DNA of 56,088 nucleotides from Dehalococcoidia bacterium (lineage in GTDB: Bacteria > Chloroflexota > Dehalococcoidia > UBA2979): contig JAQWLS010000072.1 in NCBI GenBank assembly GCA_029247135.1, forward strand, positions 1-56,088, written 5' to 3'. A model generated the notes under the pieces. It did not search any database and was not told the DNA's origin. It was given only the letters and a program-made list of their open reading frames with translations. The translations under genes and the position numbers were made by a program. Below are positions 38,410 to 47,833 of this stretch, one piece after another; position 1 is the first letter of the stretch, and every line of letters starts with the position of its first letter.

Positions 38410-39171
38410 GTGACGTCGAACGATATTAGTGAGTGGTTTGTAATCGGAGTAGATGACACGTCTGATAATTCAGACGAAGTCGATGTAGATACAGCTGATT
38501 TTATGAGTCAACTTGCACTTGAACTAACTAATACTGGCTGGGGACTTGTTGAGGGAATCACTCGGCATCCATTATTTTCTTCACCTAAGATTTCTAACGA
38601 TGGTGCGAATATTTCGTATGCCATAAAGCTGCATACGTCACGTTCAATTTTGGACCTTGAAGATTTCTTGGTCGATATGATTCGTAAAAATTCATGCAAA
38701 GGGTCTGATCCGGGACTTGCAATTCTCTCTCGACATTCAGATATGCCACACGTCTTGGCATTCGGTCGGCGAACTCAGACTGAGATTATGCGACTTGATT
38801 GGGCTCAAACTTTTTCGACAGAATCTAATGTAACTTTGAGAGCTCTCGGAGCAAAACGCAATGGTTCAGTTGGATCTTTGGCTGCTGCAGGATTGCGAGC
38901 GGGAGGAGATGAGCAAGCACGATTTATTGAGATTCCTGGTCTGACTAAATTAAGTGGGAAAATATCGGCAGGTGAGATCAGAGAATTGAGTCAATTGCAG
39001 CAGTTACTTAATGCCGACGACGAGCAAATTGATCGTGACGATATTATTGATCTTGGGGAAGGGATGCCCGCTCTCAAGCCACATCTCGAGTCAGGAGAAC
39101 CACTTGTTCGCTTCCATCAGCATGATGATGATCGTCGACTCTGGCTTCCCGATTTAATCTTTCTTCGATAG
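38410..39171 (+). CDS. Hypothetical protein resembling the TiaS N-terminal/Mmp11-like IGxDDT family
   Basis: IGVDDT, TRHPL..P.I...N.S, SDPGL, FGRR, GSVGSLAAAGLR; SD AGGAG. Confidence 0.55.
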   Translation: MTSNDISEWFVIGVDDTSDNSDEVDVDTADFMSQLALELTNTGWGLVEGITRHPLFSSPKISNDGANISYAIKLHTSRSILDLEDFLVDMIRKNSCKGSDPGLAILSRHSDMPHVLAFGRRTQTEIMRLDWAQTFSTESNVTLRALGAKRNGSVGSLAAAGLRAGGDEQARFIEIPGLTKLSGKISAGEIRELSQLQQLLNADDEQIDRDDIIDLGEGMPALKPHLESGEPLVRFHQHDDDRRLWLPDLIFLR

Positions 39172-39203
39172 ATATTCGTACTAAGTTTGGCTACTACTAA
39201 AGT

Positions 39204-39968
39204 TTAGAAGCTTCCACCATTTACATATAGGCGTTGGCCCGTAACGTATGCCGCATCTTCTGAACAGAAAAACACGACAGCATCTGCAATATCTTCGGGT
39301 TGGCAGACCCGAGCAAAAGGCGACCCTTCGTCTAGCTCACGGATATTTTCTACGCCTCGTGTAGCTTTAACCAGCCGTTTACCCATGTCAGTTTCTACTA
39401 AACCAGGGCCTACTATATTCACTCGTATCCCATGCACTCTTTCTTCCTTAGCGAGAGTAAAAGCGATAGCCTCTTGTGCAGATTTGGCCATGTTGTAGGG
39501 AGCACCTCGCCCAGAAAGCGATTCAGTGGCAACTGATGAAATCATTATGACATCACCTCGTTCAGCCTCTCGCATCTGGGGCACTAATAAATGACACAGA
39601 TTATGGGTTCCAAATACATGTACTCCGACTACTTTGCGGATTTCTTCGGGGCTTGTGTCGGTGATGAGCGATCCTCTGCTTGCTACGCCCGCATTATTGA
39701 TAAGAATTGATATTTCACCGAGGTCATTAAGGGCTGAATTAACCATTCGTTGGCAATCCTCGAAATCGGCAACGTTACCCTGGTATGCTTTGCCAATTTT
39801 TCCAAGAGCTTGGATTTCTGCAATTGTTTCTTCTGCTGCTTCTTTATCTCGAGTGTAATTTATCGCAACATCTGACCCGGATTGTGCGAGTCCAAGGGCA
39901 ATTGCCTTGCCAATTCCACGGCTACCCCCAGAGACAAATGCAGTACGATTTTCGGTGTTATTTGTCAT
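39204..39968 (-). CDS. SDR family oxidoreductase
   Basis: SGGSRGIG, INNAG, ISS, YNMAK, PGLVETDM. Confidence 0.92.
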   Translation of the reverse strand: MTNNTENRTAFVSGGSRGIGKAIALGLAQSGSDVAINYTRDKEAAEETIAEIQALGKIGKAYQGNVADFEDCQRMVNSALNDLGEISILINNAGVASRGSLITDTSPEEIRKVVGVHVFGTHNLCHLLVPQMREAERGDVIMISSVATESLSGRGAPYNMAKSAQEAIAFTLAKEERVHGIRVNIVGPGLVETDMGKRLVKATRGVENIRELDEGSPFARVCQPEDIADAVVFFCSEDAAYVTGQRLYVNGGSF

Positions 39969-39979
39969 TCAAAATATCC

Positions 39980-40747
39980 TTAACTACCAGCTACAGTAAT
40001 TCGCTGGTTTGTAATGTATGAAGCTCTTTCAGAGCATAGAAAGGCGACTGATCCGGCAATATCTTCCGGATATCCAAGGCGGCCGAATGGCGATTCATTG
40101 GCAAGCTCGTTGATGCTGTCTTTAACACGGCCGAGAAACTTGACCATGTCCTCTGCCATATCAGTTTCAATTAGCCCTGGTGCGACGATATTGACATGAA
40201 TATTATTTGCACGTTCTTCTTTTGCCAGAGTATATGCCACTGCTTCCATCGCGGCTTTAGCTGCAGAATAGGTACCGCCAGTAGGTCCAAATGATTGTGC
40301 TGCGATCGATGAGATCATCACTACATCACCTCGAGTTGATTCGCGCATTTGTGGAACAATCATTCGACATAGGTCATGCGAAGCAAATGCGTGGGCAGCC
40401 ATTAGGCGGTAAAAATCATCTGGAGTCGCTGTTGCCACATTCGGTCGACCTACAGCTGTTGCTCCAATACCGGCATTGTTTACCAGAATATCAATATTGC
40501 CTAGCGCGGCTATTGACTCAGTCGCGAGTCTTTCAGCTTCGCTTTGATCGGATACGTCAGCCATAATGATTTCAGCTTTTCGCCCTAACTTAATCACCTC
40601 AGATGCTATCTCTTCGGCAGCCTTTTGATTGCTGTGATAGTTAATAACGACGTCAGCGCCCTCAGATGCCAATCGGTACACAATAGCCCGACCAATTCCC
40701 CGACTACCACCGGTCACTAAGGCTTTGCGCCCGTCTAATTCACCCAT
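39980..40747 (-). CDS. SDR family oxidoreductase (paralog of adjacent gene)
   Basis: TGGSRGIG, VNNAG, ISS, YSAAK, PGLIETDM. Confidence 0.92.
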   Translation of the reverse strand: MGELDGRKALVTGGSRGIGRAIVYRLASEGADVVINYHSNQKAAEEIASEVIKLGRKAEIIMADVSDQSEAERLATESIAALGNIDILVNNAGIGATAVGRPNVATATPDDFYRLMAAHAFASHDLCRMIVPQMRESTRGDVVMISSIAAQSFGPTGGTYSAAKAAMEAVAYTLAKEERANNIHVNIVAPGLIETDMAEDMVKFLGRVKDSINELANESPFGRLGYPEDIAGSVAFLCSERASYITNQRITVAGS

Positions 40748-40830
40748 ATTCCACCTCTAGTTCTACACTTGTTCGTAGAGATTTAGTGTAGAGCCAACGT
40801 TAGCGTCGCGGTATACGTGAGGAATTTGAC

Positions 40831-41022
40831 ATGCGCCTGCTGTTTATATTGACTGGAATCCTAGGGCTTTTTTTGCTTTATCTTATGTTTTTTCACCCGA
40901 GCAGGCTAAAAGGCATTCTTCGCTATGTCCGAATTGTTGGTTTTGCCTGGGTCGCAGCAATAATCATCGGGTCCATCATTAGGCTAGTTTGGCCTGAATT
41001 ATATTTAGGACCTCCAGCATAA
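40831..41022 (+). CDS. Small two-TM membrane protein
   Basis: 63 aa with two hydrophobic segments; GAGG SD; TAATG overlap with the next gene. Confidence 0.65.
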   Translation: MRLLFILTGILGLFLLYLMFFHPSRLKGILRYVRIVGFAWVAAIIIGSIIRLVWPELYLGPPA

Positions 41023-42164
41023 TGATGATTCCGAAACGTATTCTTATATGCCCACAAGAATTTAAAGGCTCTTTAACGGCGCGCGAAGTATCAGATGCTA
41101 TTGCTGAGGGTGTAAATTCAGTCATTCCAACAGCTGATTTAATTATTCAACCTCTTGCTGATGGTGGTCCAGGGACAGTGGATATAGTTGGAGAATCTGC
41201 TGCTGGTCGATTTATAACTCGAACAGTTATGGGGCCCTTTGGCGAGTCTGTGGAGGCGAGATACGCAATCATTAAGAACAATACAGGTAGTTCTGCCGTC
41301 ATTGAGCAGGCCTCCGTTACTGCTCTTGCTGGTGTTCCGTCCGAAGAACTCAATCCGACGAAAGCTACGTCTTACGGAGTTGGGCAGATTATTTTAGACG
41401 CAGTTGAACAAGGCGTTGATGAAATAATTTTAGGTGTAGGGGGGACATGCACAAATGATGGTGGTGCCGGCGCAGCTCAGGCATTAGGTCTGGGGCTTCT
41501 GGATCCAGCTGGAGTTGAATTACCTAACCATCCACTACATTTGGTCCGTTTGGAGAAGATCATTCCTTCACCAAATAAAAAATTAAATCAAATTCAGCTT
41601 CGAATAGCAGTTGATGTACTAAATCTGTTGCTGGGACCAACTGGTGCAACTTCTATATTTGGGCCACAGAAAGGCATGCGGGATTGGCAAGCCCCAGCTC
41701 TTGAAGAGGCGTTAGCGATCTTTGCAAACCAAATTAATATTGACTTGAATATCGATATCGCTGAGAGAGATGGAACTGGTGCTGGTGGTGGCCTCCCATG
41801 TGGTCTTATTGCCGCTATCCCAGAAACGACGATCGAGTCAGGGGCATCACTCGTGAGTGATGCGGTCCAACTCGAGGCACAGATGCTAGGGGTAGATTTA
41901 GTTATTACCGGTGAAGGATCTTTAGATTCACAGACAAGTTACGGGAAAGCCGTGTCACATGTGCTGACTCTGGCAAAAGAAGCCAAAATCCCTTGTGTAG
42001 CTATCGCCGGACAAGTTAATGAAATACCGGCGTTTTTGCAAGATGCTCAGGCATTAGTATCACGAACCGCCTCCGACGCGGAGATAGCGGACGCCATGAT
42101 GCATGCAAGCGATCGAGTCGCGATCGCGGCCAAAACTCTTATTAAAAGATATTGTGAACTATAG
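41022..42164 (+). CDS. glxK: Glycerate kinase (GlxK/GarK family)
   Basis: EFKGSLTA, PLADGGPGT, TSYGVG, GGTCTNDGGAG, FGPQKG, GAGGG, TGEGSLDSQT.YGK. Confidence 0.93.
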   Translation: MMIPKRILICPQEFKGSLTAREVSDAIAEGVNSVIPTADLIIQPLADGGPGTVDIVGESAAGRFITRTVMGPFGESVEARYAIIKNNTGSSAVIEQASVTALAGVPSEELNPTKATSYGVGQIILDAVEQGVDEIILGVGGTCTNDGGAGAAQALGLGLLDPAGVELPNHPLHLVRLEKIIPSPNKKLNQIQLRIAVDVLNLLLGPTGATSIFGPQKGMRDWQAPALEEALAIFANQINIDLNIDIAERDGTGAGGGLPCGLIAAIPETTIESGASLVSDAVQLEAQMLGVDLVITGEGSLDSQTSYGKAVSHVLTLAKEAKIPCVAIAGQVNEIPAFLQDAQALVSRTASDAEIADAMMHASDRVAIAAKTLIKRYCEL

Positions 42165-42176
42165 ATAATAATTGTG

Positions 42177-43340
42177 TTAGTTGTAGTTCAGATTGCCATC
42201 AATCAATGCTTTTGCAATCACAACGCGCTGAATCTCACTGGTTCCTTCTACAATCATTAGTTGTCTAGCGTCCCGGTAGTGTCGTTCTAATGGATGATCT
42301 TCCATGTAGCCCTGTCCGCCAAGTATTTGAATTGCCTCACTGGCGACTCGATTAGCCATTTCTGTAGCATATGCTTTTGCAATGCTGAGCATGTGCCCAT
42401 CTGCCGGACCAAACTTACCGTCATCCACAAGCTCACAACCTTGGTATACCAATAATCGCGCAGCCTCGATATCGATAGCCATTTCCGCTAGTTTCATTTG
42501 AATTGCTTGAATGTCAGTCAATGCATTGCCAAATGCCCGCCTTTGTCGTGCGTAATCGAGGGCGTACATAAGGGCACCTTCACCCAGCCCAACTCCCCGA
42601 GCCCCAACAACTGGTCTAAGAGAATTCAATGTGGCAAGCGGACCCTTCATGCCCATACCCTCTGTTTCTCCCACCAATCGCTCTCTCGGCACTCGAACAT
42701 TGTCAAAAGTCAGTACGCCGGTGGGTAGACCACGGACACCCATTTTTCTGTCAATCGAGGTAACTTCAAAGCCAGGCATGGTTGTATCAACAACAAATGC
42801 ATTGAGAGATTTGGGATCTGGATAGTCAGTCTTAGCGAAGACGACAACTTGATCGGCCACCGGGCCACCAGATATATATATTTTTTGTCCGTTGATAATA
42901 TAGTCGTCACCGTCACGAACTGCTCTTGCTTGAAGGTTTGCAACATCTGAGCCCGCATCAGGTTCTGTTAGACAGAATGCACCTTTTTTCTGTCCCGTAG
43001 CTACCGGCCCAATATATTCCTTTTGCTGTCTCTCAGTACCAAAAAACTTAATTGTGTGCGTGGATAAGGAGGAGAGCAATAACATAAGACCTGCACTGCA
43101 ATCGTATTTTGCAACTTCTTCAACTGCAATTGCGAGTGCGAGAGTCCCTGCATCAGCCCCACCCGCACTCTCCGGTAATGTGATGCCGAGTAAATCAGCA
43201 TCTCTAAAAGCCTGAAAATAATCCTCAGGATATTCCGCATTTCTATCAACCTCGGCTGCTCTGGGGGCGATGACATCTTTTGCAATGCGTGCCGCATTAT
43301 TTTTTATAAGGGTGTGCGCTTCACTAAGTTGAAAATTCAT
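42177..43340 (-). CDS. Acyl-CoA dehydrogenase
   Basis: FCLTEPDAGSD, NGQKIYI, KMGVRG, QILGGQGY, ERHYRDA, IVEGTSEIQR (catalytic Glu present). Confidence 0.94.
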   Translation of the reverse strand: MNFQLSEAHTLIKNNAARIAKDVIAPRAAEVDRNAEYPEDYFQAFRDADLLGITLPESAGGADAGTLALAIAVEEVAKYDCSAGLMLLLSSLSTHTIKFFGTERQQKEYIGPVATGQKKGAFCLTEPDAGSDVANLQARAVRDGDDYIINGQKIYISGGPVADQVVVFAKTDYPDPKSLNAFVVDTTMPGFEVTSIDRKMGVRGLPTGVLTFDNVRVPRERLVGETEGMGMKGPLATLNSLRPVVGARGVGLGEGALMYALDYARQRRAFGNALTDIQAIQMKLAEMAIDIEAARLLVYQGCELVDDGKFGPADGHMLSIAKAYATEMANRVASEAIQILGGQGYMEDHPLERHYRDARQLMIVEGTSEIQRVVIAKALIDGNLNYN

Positions 43341-43411
43341 TTGTTGTTCCTTTTTTGTACATGCGTTTTGGGGGACTGCAGTCGATTATTTAAAGTGTTG
43401 AATGTATTGTA

Positions 43412-44842
43412 TTATCTGGATTCTTGAATTTTATCTCCACGGTAGGCAATCTTCAGTATTATGAATCCCAACAATCCAGCGAGTAGCGAGGCTACTATAA
43501 TGCCTATTTTTGCCTGATCTAGCATTTGAGCTGAGTCAGGGAACGATAAATCCGCGATTAGCAAAGATACGGTGAACCCGATACCGCCGAGCAATCCTAC
43601 ACCTATGACAGCTAGGTAATTCATTCCTGTTGGAAGGGTGGCGCCCAAGCGAACCGCCAGCCAGGTGAAGGCCAATATTCCAATTGGTTTGCCAAGTACA
43701 AGGCCAATCCCAACGCCGAGTGTTATTGGAGACACAATTGCATCATTTATGACGTCACTACTAAGCATTACACCGGAGTTGATAAATGCAAATATTGGCA
43801 CGATTCCAAACGCCACGATAGGTTGTAGTGCGTGTTCGAGTCGATCAAGCGGTGAAAGTGCCCGACTAGCTTCCTCATGGAGCTGAATGAGCGCACCGAC
43901 CTCTCCGCTGTGTTCGCTATCCTCTTGCTCTGCAGTTGTTACAGAACCGGCAGACTCTTTATATTTTCCTAGGGCTTGCTCTGCGCCTTCTACAAATCCT
44001 TCTCTCGAGTACCAAGACTGCCAAGGGGTAAGGAGAGCGAATGCAACACCTATTACCGTTGGATGGATACCTGCATCGTGCATTGCGACCCAGCCGAGAA
44101 TGCCCAGAGCAATATAAATGGGCGTATACCAGAGTCCATTTCTTTGAGCTACATAGGCCACTAGTAAAGTGCCTCCAGCCATAACTAGTGGGATGAGATT
44201 CAGTTCTTCGGTATAGAAGATGGCGATTATGAGAATGCCTCCGATGTCATCAACTACTGCCAATGCCAGGAGCATGATCCGCAGTGAGAAAGGGATGCGA
44301 GAACCGGCAAGAGTTAAGACTCCGATCGCGAATGCTATATCTGTGGCAACCGGTATACCCCAGCCATCGAGACCATCACCTCCGGTATTTAACCAGAAGT
44401 ACAGCAGAGCTGGCACCACCATTCCACCTACCGCTGCCACTATTGGGACCATAACGGACTTTGGGTTAGCAAGTTCGCCCGCGACTATTTCGCGCTTTAT
44501 CTCGAGTCCAACTAAAAAGAAAAAGATCACCATTAAAATATCATTCACCCAAAAATGAACCGATTCATTGAGTTCCCAAAATCCAACATCCACATGTATA
44601 TGAGCGTGTAGAAGGTCAAAGTACTGATCGGACCAAGACGAGTTTGCCCACAGCAATGCGAAAACTGCAGCTAGAAAGAGAACGATTGCGCTTGAAGTCT
44701 CGGTTTGTATGAATCGGGTAAGAGGACTGGCAAACTTTTTTAAATTTTCCTGTCGCTGAGCGAGCTCTGGATACCGAGCATGGTGCCAGCTAAGCACATC
44801 GAGTGCTACATCCTGATCCTGTGCTTCTTTCTTTTCACTCAT
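43412..44842 (-). CDS. nhaA: Na+/H+ antiporter NhaA
   Basis: WVNDILM.FF..VGLEIKRE, GGMVVPA, GWGIPVATDIAFA, LAVVDDIG, GKPIGI, GIGFTVSL. Confidence 0.95.
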   Translation of the reverse strand: MSEKKEAQDQDVALDVLSWHHARYPELAQRQENLKKFASPLTRFIQTETSSAIVLFLAAVFALLWANSSWSDQYFDLLHAHIHVDVGFWELNESVHFWVNDILMVIFFFLVGLEIKREIVAGELANPKSVMVPIVAAVGGMVVPALLYFWLNTGGDGLDGWGIPVATDIAFAIGVLTLAGSRIPFSLRIMLLALAVVDDIGGILIIAIFYTEELNLIPLVMAGGTLLVAYVAQRNGLWYTPIYIALGILGWVAMHDAGIHPTVIGVAFALLTPWQSWYSREGFVEGAEQALGKYKESAGSVTTAEQEDSEHSGEVGALIQLHEEASRALSPLDRLEHALQPIVAFGIVPIFAFINSGVMLSSDVINDAIVSPITLGVGIGLVLGKPIGILAFTWLAVRLGATLPTGMNYLAVIGVGLLGGIGFTVSLLIADLSFPDSAQMLDQAKIGIIVASLLAGLLGFIILKIAYRGDKIQESR

Positions 44843-44898
44843 GTACCTATCCCTGCTGTTTTATTATGTAATAGATAGGTTAGTCTCTTACTTCCGAG

Positions 44899-44916
44899 TG
44901 TTCTATCGATTGAACA
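44899..44916. promoter_or_regulatory. 18-bp near-perfect palindrome between divergent nhaA and tRNA-Arg
   Basis: TGTTCTATCGATTGAACA, one mismatched pair. Confidence 0.4.
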
Positions 44917-44972
44917 GTTTGTTGCTAGTGAGAAACTTACTGCATTCGAGGCTAGAATAAATTGGCAGATAT

Positions 44973-45048
44973 GCCCTCGTAGCTCAGGGGACAGAGCAGC
45001 GGACTTCTAATCCGCGGGTCGGGAGTTCGAATCTCTCCGAGGGTACCA
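44973..45048 (+). tRNA. tRNA-Arg (anticodon UCU)
   Basis: Acceptor GCCCTCG/CGAGGGT, D arm GCTC..GAGC, anticodon arm GCGGA-CT-TCT-AA-TCCGC, T loop GTTCGAATC, encoded CCA. Confidence 0.96.
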
Positions 45049-45206
45049 TCTTCCTGTTTCACCCAGATATACCCATAAGGTTCCAATTCGCCCGTGACCT
45101 AATATCTAGCGACCGGAGATTTACGGTTAATTGGAGTCGTATTTGTATATGATTTCAGCTCATCTAATCCAGTATTTGGGCAGGTTAGCTATGCAGTTCA
45201 CGTAAG

Positions 45207-46091
45207 TTAACCCGTAACTAATATGCCTTTGTCTATAAGTTGACGTAGATGAGAAATGTGTGCCGGACCGATACCACAGCAGCCACCGATAACTTGAGCT
45301 CCATTTGCACACCAGTGTAAAACCTGATCTGCGTAACCCTCAGGAGTGAGGTCTTGTAATTCTCTCAAGTGATCGCCGTCACGCTTCCAGTCCTTGGTGA
45401 TCGGCGTAAATGCATTAGCGTATGCGCCAATAAGATGCGTTGTTTTGGCTCTGAGAGTAGTCATAGCATTTTCGACTGCATTAACATCACAGCAGTTTAG
45501 AAGCACTGCCTCGATCGGTATTTTATCTAGTGCTGCCAGCGCATCATCGATAGTCTCTCCACTTCGCAATAACCCATCAGCTTCGTCTCTCAGAGTCCAC
45601 GACACCCATACAGGTTTCCCGAATGCAGACGCCGCCTTTGCCGCGGCGGCTGCTTCCGTAGCACTCGACATGGTCTCGCATAGGAATAAATCCACTCCGG
45701 GAGCTAGGAAATTAGCAATTTCAGTATATTCCTTAGTCATCGAGTTAAATTCTTGTTCGTTCGTTTGATAACTTTCACGTAGAGGAGGTAAGCAGCCTGC
45801 GATTCGGACTTTGGAATTTCCAGCGTGTTCCCGAGCTTCATTAGCCATCTCAACAGCGATCCGTGTCATTTCGTTAATCCTGTGAGCCATGTTCGAGAGC
45901 CCAAGACGATGCTTGGTCAGCGCATAGTTCCAGACAGTAATAACTTCCGCGCCAGCATTTATGAATTCTTCATGAACTTCTTGTACTACTTTTGGTGACT
46001 CAATGAGGGCTTGTCCCGCAGTCTTGGCATCAGGATTCAAGCCTCTTGCGCGAAGTTCTTGCCCCATTCCACCATCAATTAATAAGGTCAT
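45207..46091 (-). CDS. Homocysteine S-methyltransferase family protein
   Basis: IDGGMGQEL, H.EFI.AGA, CETMS, LNCC, YANAF, IGGCCGIGP (Zn ligands). Confidence 0.9.
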   Translation of the reverse strand: MTLLIDGGMGQELRARGLNPDAKTAGQALIESPKVVQEVHEEFINAGAEVITVWNYALTKHRLGLSNMAHRINEMTRIAVEMANEAREHAGNSKVRIAGCLPPLRESYQTNEQEFNSMTKEYTEIANFLAPGVDLFLCETMSSATEAAAAAKAASAFGKPVWVSWTLRDEADGLLRSGETIDDALAALDKIPIEAVLLNCCDVNAVENAMTTLRAKTTHLIGAYANAFTPITKDWKRDGDHLRELQDLTPEGYADQVLHWCANGAQVIGGCCGIGPAHISHLRQLIDKGILVTG

Positions 46092-47304
46092 ATTTTCTTC
46101 CTAGCTGTGCTCTGTACGTTCCAAGTAGCTTTAATAATCTAAGATTCAAGTATCTCTGAAGACATTACACTCCCGCTATTCTCAGGCTATCGTGTGTTAG
46201 GTTTTTTTATACAAGATAATTCCTCAGCGCAGCCCACAAGTCAGGCTGATTAAATTGTCAATTTGCATAGTCTACGTGGAATCGTGACGCTAGATATTTA
46301 ATTTATGTAAGGCCATCGGTCGATTGGCAATTATATTTAAATGATGGCTAATTATTACAAATTTGGACGCGGATAGTCCTCTGGGATGCATTTTTAAGGC
46401 GAATTGCTATCTAAACTATCAAAAGTCGCTGCTATCGACGTTCTGGTGCGTTTCTGTGAAAAATTATCGCCGATTAGGTAGCAGGACCGGCCAAACTCTA
46501 TTGTCTAAGGATTTTTAAAGTCAATATTGAAGTGAACTTTCACTCCTAGTTTGCAAGCAGTTTGCCAACAATCTAGTGTAAAAAGGCCTGTCATATAGGT
46601 TTGCTATTTGTCTTTTAGCAAACTCGTAAATTTCCCTAACATGAAGGAATTTTTCACTGAGGTTATGGTCTTCTGGCTGAACTCCTGATTGGCTTAAGAT
46701 TTAGGCCGTAGAGATAATAGTACAGTAAAAATATATAATTTAATAGTATAAGAGAACGATCACTGAAATGATCGTTGATATTGTGTTAGTTACCGTCAAA
46801 TAAGCTATTTAATATAGTTTAATACTGGATTTCACTGCTGTTGTCTATGATTTTTAATGGAATTATGTGACTAAAGATACAGTAAAAAGTAAGTAATTAT
46901 TACTAATAGTGCAGCCAATGTTTTTACAGGTTTACTGTGTATAAGTTATCTGTGCGTCTGCTAACGCATGATTTGCTATCTAGTTAACGCACTAGCCTAG
47001 ACGATGTTATGTGGAGTTTTGTGGACTGTTCAATAGTGCCTGATTAAAGAGCATATGGGCAAATTTGAATTGTAAACATTGGGGAGATAACGTAAAGGAG
47101 TACCTGCGATCTATACGTCCGTTGATCCAAAAACAGGGCTATGTGGGTCATTTGTGACCTGATTATCGATACAGCTAAACAAAATTATAGGCCTACTTTA
47201 GAAGAAACTATTAGGTTAGTGACTCATTTATTTGATCAATATATCCAGGGCCACAGGTGTGATTGATTACGGGATATTCTACATGTGAGTTGAGAGGAGC
47301 GAGA

Positions 47305-47736
47305 ATGTTAGAAAACTACAACCATGAAAGCGAACACTCGGCTGATATTGTTGTGAACTCGGAACCAGAGAAAGCTGCTTTAGAGGCACTCACTTTGTAT
47401 ATGAAGTCCTGGAATAATCGTGACATTGCCGGGATGGACGCGGCATTTCATTTTCCGCACGCGCGAATCGCGAGCGGCCAGATTATGATTTTAGAGAAAG
47501 ATCGGATGCGCTCTAAGGATTTCTTTGAGTCGTTCATTGAGAATACTGGTTGGGATTATAGTCTCTGGGATTATCGGAGAGCGGTTCAAAGTAAGGAAGA
47601 TAAAGTGCATTTTGCGGTTCAATTTACCCGATATCGCAAGGATGGAACTCCAATAGGGCACTACCCATCACTTTGGATTGTTGCATTGATCAATGGGAAA
47701 TGGGGAGTTCAAGCCAGATCAAGCTTTGCGCCTTAG
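47305..47736 (+). CDS. NTF2/SnoaL-like hypothetical protein
   Basis: Y..SWNNRD, HFPH, KVH..V.FTRY..DG, SLWIV..GKWGVQARSSFAP; SD GAGGAG before ATG 47305. Confidence 0.65.
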   Translation: MLENYNHESEHSADIVVNSEPEKAALEALTLYMKSWNNRDIAGMDAAFHFPHARIASGQIMILEKDRMRSKDFFESFIENTGWDYSLWDYRRAVQSKEDKVHFAVQFTRYRKDGTPIGHYPSLWIVALINGKWGVQARSSFAP

Positions 47737-47833
47737 ATTGAGATTAGGTGGATAGTTCAGGCTATTTCTAAACCTATCACCGGCGACTGATAACCTAGTA
47801 ATAGCATTTCTCGAATCATCTAAGGAAGAATAT

